Source: Octopus sinensis
Lineage: Eukaryota
NCBI RefSeq assembly: GCF_006345805.1
Contig: NC_042998.1
Location: 191,766,001 to 191,830,000 of the forward strand
DNA length: 64,000 nt
Direction: 5' to 3'
The position numbers and the translations under genes were made by a program. This document shows positions 54,553-64,000 of the stretch, piece after piece. A model generated the notes under the pieces. The model saw nothing but the letters and a program-made list of their open reading frames with translations. It searched no databases and was not told where the DNA came from. Each line of letters starts with the position of its first letter. Position 1 is the first letter of the stretch.

Positions 54553-55126
54553 AGTACACACTTTTGTCTTCGATCACATTGTCTGTTTACATCTGACGTC
54601 TCGATATGAAACATTGTTGCAAAAGTCAGTGCTGAATTAAGTTCTATAGAATATCTGTAGAAATAACCTTAAAAAATGTTACAAGGAATAATACCTGGGG
54701 GCGATTTCTTCGACAAAGGCGGTGCTCCAGTAAAAGAATAGAATAATAAAAGGATATATATATATATATCCTTCAAGATTAATCAGCCGAAATTGCGAAG
54801 ATGATCCGGTTCTTGACTGAAGATTGAAGGCTTCGAATGTCCCGTCTGTGTTTTTTGCATCGTCTTCTAAATGTTTCACGTTCTTGACCCAGTTTGTATT
54901 TTTTTACATTTACATATATATATATATATTAGATATTAATTTAATAATGTTCACTTCTGGACTCTCTCACTTTACGAGAGTTTTTCAATTCGAATCGCAC
55001 GTGTCTCGAGGTGTGCTAGAGAGTTTCTATTTTGGATATATTTGGGGTACTTAGTTGTGCTTATGACTTACTGTTTGCTTCTTCCAGGGGTGTAAGAAAG
55101 TATTTCACTTATTTCTACACTGCATT

Positions 55127-55180
55127 TATCACTGATGAAGGGAAGGTTCTTATGAACTAGCTCTGAAACCGGGTCCGATA
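55127..55180 (+). ncRNA. Decayed hammerhead-like motif (GUC triplet)
   Basis: tatca-CTGATGA-aggg...ctct-GAAA-CCGGG-TC-cgata. Confidence 0.35.
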
Positions 55181-56603
55181 TGGTAATAACGGGATTTTTT
55201 AGAAATTTCTGTCGGCTTTCTTCGAAACGCGTGCTTGTAGTGATGAATTATAATGGTTATTGACGTTGTGTCTATTTTCGGCATATTTTGGCATTAGAAA
55301 TTTTTTCTTTTGCCTTTTCTTATAAATTATATATATATTGCTCAAGGATATTCCTTTATTTGTCGCATATAGTATTTATTACTCTCATTACATTTAATAA
55401 CATATATTAGATTTCTTGAAAGGCAGGTGGTATGATTGTTTCTGCAAAAAAGGCTTTGCTGATATAAACTAAAACGTTTTGTCTTCATAAAATATTAATG
55501 AGTATTCTGCGGCTCGAACGACAAAAATTTGTTGGGATGACAGTTGTGTAGTATCTGTAATGGTCAAAGGCGGTGAGCTGGCAGAAACGTTAGCACGCTT
55601 GATTATTTTTTCATGATCAAATTGCCCAGAAGATTTTGACGGTATCTATTATGAACTGAATATTGACTTTAGGTTTAGATTTCACTCAGTTGACGGCTTC
55701 GGGCATCTGCACAATAAAATAGTCACTTAAAATCTGTTCCAATTACTAAATAAATATTAAAAAAACGCTGATGTCAAATTTTGACCCCCGTTATTTGTGT
55801 ATTTGGACAACTTAGAATACCATGACTTGAAGGGCTTAATTTCGGAGGAAATGTTTGTCCCTGTCAGACCCCAGAAGTGTGCCTGTAAATATTACCATAG
55901 AAAGTGAAGAAAGTAATTTTAAGGATGAATTTGATTCTTTTGATAATGGATCATTTCTTTATGAGTTCAAGAATAGGTTTAAGGCTGTATTCTATATTTT
56001 CAGTTCCATATTCATAGGAAATCGCACAAAGCTTTACGACATCAGCCAGGAAATAAAATTGTCTTTCTGGAGATGGTTCGGCAGGTTTATAATATCAGTT
56101 ACGAGATTTATATGTTTTTCACAACAATATCTGGAAAAGGGATTTGTTTCTCTGTTTCACACATGTGATCCGTTAATATTGGATCGTTAGTGATTGATTC
56201 TCTGTGGGGAACATATATTCTTTTGCTCTTGTGGATATTGGAAAGTCCATTAAAGAATATAATGATGCATTCTAGGTTCAATATAAAGTGACATTCCTGT
56301 TAATCCTTTACGAAGTAGGCCAATGAAGGTGTTATTTTGACATGCTTTGTTATTGTTGTAAACAGGTCACCATTTGAAATGATGTTTGATCTCTGAGTCA
56401 GACGAACTAGTGAAAAGGTAGCAATTACAGCAAAGACAATAACCAATGAAATACTTTTCTGGTCTTTTGACTCCGCCCTCTCTCTCCCTCTCTCTGTATA
56501 TAGATATAAATAACACCTGTATGTTTAGAAGTCTCTATTACATCTAAATTACACTTTCATATAATTCTGCCTCTTAGTTTGAGGAGTATATATATATATA
56601 AGA

Positions 56604-56833
56604 ATTGCAGCGTGGAAGGTGTCATTTAAAAAGCACACAAAAACCGTTAGATTCACTTCAAAATTTTAATTTAATCTGCCAAAATATTTTCGCCGCTTTG
56701 AGACCGCGACCTGTTCACTAACAAAATTCTGTGTCATTCTTAAATGGCTTATAACACCTTCACTGCTGCAATTGTTTTCATTCCAGCACACGATCTCAGA
56801 TCAGATCACTTGCTATGCAAGTACATCTCCGTA

Positions 56834-56835
<2 letters not shown>
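56604..56835. mobile_element. Inverted-repeat element enclosing a hammerhead (left arm truncated)
   Basis: aattgcagcgtggaaggtgt..catttaa (56,604-56,630) is inverted relative to ttaaatggcttataacaccttcactgctgcaatt (56,740-56,773); TA microsatellites flank both sides. Confidence 0.7.
56677..56723 (-). ncRNA. Type-I hammerhead motif with G3-C8 core variant
   Basis: TGTTA-GTGAACA-g-GTCGC[ggtctcaaa]GCGGC-GAAA-ATAT-TT-TGGCA; palindromic stem III AATATT. Confidence 0.6.
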
Positions 56836-56898
<63 letters not shown>

Positions 56899-59800
56899 CA
56901 AATATATTCAGGGAGATAACTCACATGCACAATATTTCGTTTTGTCTTGATTGGATGGATGCTTTGTAGATGATAACAATCAATGATCATTTTAAAGAAT
57001 TCAAACAATGTAAATGCTTGCAATATTTCAAATGATTAGGACAGTGGTTCAGCGTATTCAAACATCATCGAAAAGCTCCGTTAGGAGTCAATTCAATTTA
57101 ACTGTACATACGCTACCACTCTAGACGTCTAGGATTTCCAACAACAATCATACTCGACTTTACTGAAGCGATTATAAAGCTGCAACATTTTCGAGGTTGT
57201 TGCCCTACAGCTAAATATAGGACGCACTACCAAATTAATTGAAAATAATTTGCCTATCGCATTTTGTCACCTCTGCCTTTCTTGACCACCGTTAGTAAAT
57301 CACATGTTTGGTTCTTTTTAATTTGGGTGTAATTTTAATTATTAAAATATAAATTGCTACAGGAAATCAGTTAGCACCTACAATATCGTTTATAAGCGAT
57401 TTTTTTTCTTTTGTTCTCTCCTCGTTGGCAGTCATACTAAATTGTTTTTAGCACACTCAGCTACTAATTATTATCTCCATTAATGAGTTCATAAGGTCTA
57501 GAACAAGAAAATTTTACAAAGCTAAAATTAGTATTCTAATTTGTAGGCGTGTTAATCACAAACATAAGATTGGTTACTGGTATCATACCTGTAAGAGATA
57601 AAAATTGTATGTGATCGAAATTTAACAGTGTACGATCGTGAACCTAACTTATTCAGAAAACGTAGATTATAATGAAAGATATCAAACGTTGAAATGATTT
57701 TCAGCTTGTACAAAAGGAAAATTCTCATGAGAATAAATGTCTCATATCGATTAAATGGACATATTACTTACACAGAGGAACACTTAATGTCATTCACAGC
57801 GATTCAAAATTCTAAATAAAATGTTCTCACAGATAGAATGACGGTATAAATAAAATTACAGAAAATACTTTCTTTACAACAGATTTTGTTAAAAAACTCA
57901 CAAAAAGTACATTTAAAATAACGCAATTCTGTGAAATGAGCTCGTTTAATGCAGTGAATAAGCAATTTAGCATCGTTTTTACTATCCCAACAGCATACAT
58001 ACAAATAGATGATCTGCAAAAGTTATCTCATCCTAGTAATTTCCATAGAACCATACAAACTATTAATTACATTGATAGAAACTTGTTCTGTCGGTCACAG
58101 ATTCAAAGCTTGGATTCAGCAAGAAATCACGATTATTTTTATCAAATCGTCTCAAAATCGTGCTAAAAAGCACTTCAGATATTTTTCAAGTTTCACTAGA
58201 ACTAGTAAAATCTTGAAAAAGTTAGGAAAATGTGTATGTCTTTTAGTCAGTACCAAGCAGAGGAAAAGTTATAGATCACAGTGTTGTTTATTCGAATTTA
58301 CATATCAGCAAAGTGATAGAACAAATTATCAGAGAGAAACCAAATAAGTTCCGGGAGGAAATTGACTTTTTTCTGTATTATTTACTTTATCTATGACCTA
58401 TTACTATTAATTTTCAAATCATTAAGACATTAAGGCGTTTAGCAAGCTGGGTTGGATGACTTGGAAAGAAGAAGACTTGGAAGATAAAATAATCTTGATA
58501 TTCTTCGTAGAAAGATTCTAAAAGGAATCATAAGGAGAGCAATTTGGCTGTGATTTCCTCTTGCTTAATACACATATTTAGGTTCCTATTAGGACGTTTC
58601 ACGCGAAGCATGTACAAAAGTAAGTGATCTAATATGCTTTATGTAAATATAGTTTGTGTTGGGGGCATATGTGCGATCAGAGGTAAAGGAGTTAGAAACA
58701 GTGTCGGCAGCAATGTTTAATATATTCAAAGAGATTTGAACGTGCCAATAAATTTAGTGTTTACGAAGAGTGGAACTTTCTAATGCTCCGTACTAAAGAT
58801 TCTCACAGTGTAATGAATACATGCAGACGCCTTTCGCTTCTAATATGATTGATTCTATATATATGTTGCATTCATTCGAAACTTAGAATAATTTGGGGGT
58901 TTCCAAACAACTGAATATTTTTCCTACGTGCTGCTAGAGTTAGTCTTCCCCTCTTTCTATCTACCGTTTATCTACTCCATTTTGCCTCAAATACTCGGCC
59001 ATTTTCTTTTTGTTTTGGAACATTGGATCTTTCCATCATCTCAAAGCTTTTGTTCATTCACTTTCGTTCTCTTTCACATCAATATTCTACCCCTCCTCAT
59101 GCCCTCTCTTTCTCTACTTCTCGAATTTTTCAGTTACTCTTTTCGCATAAACTCAAATTCAATTCCTTTATCAGACTGAATTCACTCCACACTTCACTCG
59201 AACTTATTAATCAACATGGTGTACCTAGAGCCAGCAGAAGAATTATTCATAAGATAATGTTTCACAAACTACGTGACATCGACGTACTTGGAAAACTCAT
59301 ATAACTTATTATCAAGAGAAACGCCATGGTTTAAATTCATAATTGGGATAGATGAAAGAATTTACTGCTTTTAGAGTCTAGCCATCAGTAGGGAGAATAC
59401 TTTATTGGCTGATATCACCGAAGTAGATATTTGCTAGAGATAACCCTGCTGAGACACTAACTTGGCTGAAGTTGAAAATACGAGAGTGTACTTGGCAATT
59501 ATTAATATATGTGACAAAACGGCCAAGCTATTGTCATTTGAATGGCTGGTCAATAACAATGTAATTATATGGACGATTTACTTGCTAGAAATAGTAACAC
59601 ACACTATATCAAGTTATATCTTATTGCCTTGAAAACAACTCATTGGGTAATGTATTACTAGGTATATATATAAAGTGACTTGACCATAGGTCTTGTCGAT
59701 CAGTGTGGATCGGGCGCAAAACCGCAACAATCATTGAATACGTGATAACAACTGATGTTAATTTTTAGCACAAAAAATAACACGATTAAAGCAATGAATA

Positions 59801-60138
59801 TTTATGAGATATGTATCCTGTATATTATTAACTTTTAAGACATATGCTTAATTTTAATATCAAACTCAGACACATAAACATACACACAATACATATGCAA
59901 TGTGTGTGTGCGAATACACACACACAAGCACACGTACACTTAGCTAGCAGAAACTTCGAAGTTATTTTAATATGTCACCCGATCAACCATACCACGTGAA
60001 CTACTCGGATGAGTATCAGTAAAATATTAGCGCAACCGAATTGCTTCGAGACCATCCACACAGCTGTGTGTAGCGCGGTGTCGAAAGCTTTTTTTGAGAT
60101 TATGACAAACCACCACCTGTGTATCTATATGTTTGTGC

Positions 60139-60170
<32 letters not shown>

Positions 60171-60418
60171 TATATATAATATATATATATATGCATGTAT
60201 GTTTCAGTCATTTGACTGCGGCCATGCTGAAGCACCGCCTGTAATCGAGTAAATCTAACCCAGGACTTATTCTTTGTAAGCCTAGTACACCAGCATCGGT
60301 TGTCAAGCGGTGTTGGGGGACAAATACAGACACACAAACTTATACACATACATACATACATACATACATACATACATACATACATACATACATACATACA
60401 TACATTCCTATATATATA

Positions 60419-60480
<62 letters not shown>

Positions 60481-61065
60481 AGTCTGCCGTGATGATTCTA
60501 CAAACTAACACACAAAATATCTAAGGGTATATTTTTTCTCCCCCTGAAGAGATTATGCTCAGAGATATGATTGTAATAATTATTTAACTTCATTGACCTT
60601 AATTGAAACAGTTGTAAGGGATAATGATCGACATTTTGGAGATAATAAAATCTTAATGACATTAGCATCTCCATTTTTCTTATTATACATCTGCATGATA
60701 TTAAAAATGATACATTTAAAAGAGATACCCAAGAATTCATTAAAAACACTACTATCATCTACAACGAGTCACCTTTAGGTGACTTGACCATTTAACACTC
60801 TACTAATATCATACCACTCCCGCATTCTTTCATTATTCTTTCTCTTCTTCTCCTTCCCCTTTTTCATTTTCGTCTTCCTCCTCTCCGCTACTTCCTTCCT
60901 TTCTTTACCACTACTGCTGTTTAGAATAAAACCTACTCAAGTATTAAAAACAATACATTCAAAAGAGATATCTCAAGAATTCAATCACTACTACAATTCA
61001 CAGGTCACTTTAAGGGCACTTGACCATTTAACATCCTTCAACTACCCTACCACTCTCGCATTCTG

Positions 61066-61168
61066 CTTCTTCTTCTTCTTCTTCTTCTTCTTCTTCTTCT
61101 TCTTCTTCTTCTTCTTCTTCTTCTTCTTCTTCTTCTTCTTCTTCTTCTTCTTCTTCTTCTTCTTCTTC
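61066..61168. repeat. Perfect (CTT/GAA)n tract, about 34 units
   Basis: Uninterrupted cttcttctt... run. Confidence 0.97.
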
Positions 61169-61361
61169 CCTGCCAAGAATTCATAGTGAATTCGAACCTA
61201 CAAGAATAAACAAGAGAGACAGAGTCAGGCAGAAACAAGAAGAATGCCCCTTTTACTTGAATACTATGCAAATATACTTTTAAAAGAACTTTTCTTTTCA
61301 TTTTTCCAAACTTTAATTTTTTTCCATACTTAGAGTTGAAAAGTCTCAATGACTGAAACTG

Positions 61362-61712
61362 ACAACAAGGTATGCGATAAGAAAACTCTATAGATATGAC
61401 AGGTTAGCTTGGGCGGTTAAATAGTTGTGATCGATGAAAAAAGGTGGTACTACCAATAATTGTCGGAGCCCTGGGAACAGTGAGTAAAAGTCTTGAGAAG
61501 TACATGGAGCAAATAGGAGCTGAAATAAGGGTGGGGCACTTGGAAAAATTAGCACTGCTTGGAACCGCTCGAATACTCCGGAAGGTACTCGTAATATAAG
61601 GGGTGTTACCTCAGTTCACTGGTGATGAAGTACTGGCACCGTAGTACATCTCCAGCGATAGAAGCTTTGCAAAGGCAATAAATAAATAAATAATAGTAAT
61701 AATAATAATAAC

Positions 61713-61788
<76 letters not shown>

Positions 61789-61799
61789 TAATAATAACA
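61362..61799 (+). mobile_element. 5'-truncated R4/Dong-like RLE retrotransposon 3' end with (TAA)n tail
   Basis: VLPIIVGALGTVSKSLEKYMEQIG...LALLGTARILRKVL*, short 3'UTR, then (AAT)n at ~61,690-61,798. Confidence 0.7.
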
Positions 61800-61898
61800 A
61801 TACTAAAATGATTTTTATGATAAAATTATTTTAGCATTTTCTACTTTGTCTTATTTTCCTTATGCATATAAACTCGTGTGTCCTTTTCAACCTTCTAC

Positions 61899-61933
<35 letters not shown>

Positions 61934-62344
61934 TCCCCTAGCATTTCTAGATTTATAGGAAATATTATATTGACAAGGAAATGAGCCTTCGGTTCTAATC
62001 CAGAAACAATTCGTCTATAATTAATCTATATGCTGGGATTTCGTTATTTTCTCTCTTTTTGCCATATACAGGTTACAAATTCTGTTTGTTTGTGGAGTCT
62101 TTTTATTAGTAGGAGAAATAGTGATCAATTTGGCTGCTATTTCTAATATTTTCGGTATGTGGTTTTGAGCAACTTGTTGCAATTAACCCTTTATTATAAT
62201 TATTATAATCCTTACCAAATATGGTATTTTCCATAGCGATAAATCTACTAGGTGAAATTTATTAATTTTATTAAATTAATTATATTCCACCCTTTTTTGC
62301 ATATATATATATTATATATAAATGTATGTATATGTATGTATGCA

Positions 62345-62403
<59 letters not shown>

Positions 62404-62423
62404 GTATATATATGTATGTATGC

Positions 62424-62476
<53 letters not shown>

Positions 62477-62950
62477 TCACATACCTACATATATATATAT
62501 ATAATATATATATATATATATAGAAATACACACACATACATATGATAGAGCAATATGGTTGAATGGTTCAAAAGTTTGATTCTCCAACACGAGGTGCTGG
62601 GTTTGATTCTACAGCCTGGCATCATAGCCAAGTGTCGTTTTCCGTAGCCTTGGCTGGGCTTATCCCTACTAAGATTAATTGGGAAAACGTAAACTGAAGG
62701 ATGTATTGGGTTGGTAATTGAAAAGCACGCTTTGAAACAACTTGTATCATGGTGACTTGTCTTAAAAATTACGCTAAGGATAGCCGTGTCTACCGAATAC
62801 TCAGCCAATTATAAATTAATTCAAGGAATAAGCAAGTAACTTGACTGAACAATGTATTCCTACTTATCCAATGTATGCATGTAGGCAGTTAGGTAAGTGT
62901 ATAGAAGTGAATTTATGTATATATCTACCGCTGTCCTCCTTTAATAATAA

Positions 62951-63017
<67 letters not shown>

Positions 63018-63265
63018 ATGTTTGTGTGTGTGTGTGTGTGTATACATGTATATATATATATATGTGTGTATGTATATATTTATATGGGCTTTATACATTT
63101 ATAGTAAATATATATTTGTAGAGAATTATAATAGCTATTAAAGAAAATTATGAATATTTAATTTACATGAAAATAACTGGGCATAATTTGCAGATTACAA
63201 AATTATAAAATTTAATTTTCAAAGTATATTAACTGCAGAAATGACACACCAATACATATATACAC

Positions 63266-63299
<34 letters not shown>

Positions 63300-63405
63300 A
63301 TTCACACTAACACTCTTTCTCTCTATATATGTATATGTAAGTATGTATTATATATATACATACTTATATATACTTATATATATATACTTATATATATATA
63401 TAGTA

Positions 63406-63445
<40 letters not shown>

Positions 63446-64000
63446 AATTCATAAACACACACACATATTCATACATACATATCGATTTATGCTGAATGCT
63501 AGGTGAAGGTGACCTTTGCAATTGAACTATATACACTAAAATATAAAACGTATATCATTAGATATTAATACTGACATTATATGTTAATATTTGAACAGAT
63601 AGGAAGAAAAATGAAATTATTGTTACTCAAGAGGCCAGAGTGAGAAATTATTGCATTGATATTTTCTATTTCAGCGACATGAAAATTGCTTCATTTCTTT
63701 CATATAACAAATCACGACGTGTGAAAACCCAACTGTGAAAACGGGGAATACTGAATATAGTAAACGTAGTTATACTTAGAATGCACATATGCAGACACCA
63801 GAGTTTATTAACACATGCGCACTGAAGAAAGCGATGGCTTCTACAAACGCATGTGCGCGCACACATACATGAAAATAGCACACAGTTCAGATGTATATTA
63901 AATTATCTGATAAATTAATCATATAATTCATAATTCACTGCAAATTTCTGAGTTTTGCTGGAGTTATTATTATTATTTTTATTGTTATGTTTGCTGCTTT

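Noticed and set aside
55855-56190. 111-aa ORF with an acidic N-terminus (piggyBac-like?)
   Set aside because: No catalytic motif or TTAA-flanked TIR can be identified; insufficient support.
58009-58347. 112-aa ORF
   Set aside because: AT-rich, non-ATG start, no motifs or splice support; likely chance.
61047-61349. Poly-Arg ORF (and the poly-Tyr ORF at 61606..61800)
   Set aside because: Translations of (GAA)n and (TTA)n tracts.

Overview
AT-rich, microsatellite-dense animal genomic DNA. The SINE families and repeat landscape suggest a coleoid cephalopod such as Octopus (inference). No complete host gene is recognisable, only candidate exons. The window is mostly transposon-derived: a nearly full-length L1/Tx1-clade LINE (10.9-16.8 kb, minus) flanked on both sides by (GATA)n, a near full-length mariner with TIRs, Gypsy, Hero-like, RTE, R4/Dong-like and several Penelope-like (PLE) fragments, a decayed SWIM-finger gene, MITEs and many tRNA-derived SINEs. 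The least obvious signal is about 13 minimal type-I hammerhead ribozyme (HHR) motifs, read by eye, in different repeat families. They include intact-looking motifs with all three forms of the tertiary 3-8 pair: C3-G8 (41,952), U3-A8 (32,206) and G3-C8 (56,677). Two unrelated ~300-bp elements are built as inverted repeat - hammerhead - inverted repeat, and a 2.3-kb PLE unit repeats this layout at larger scale. The LINE also shares its extreme 3' end with an abundant SINE. All ribozyme calls are structural predictions that still need computational and cleavage tests.
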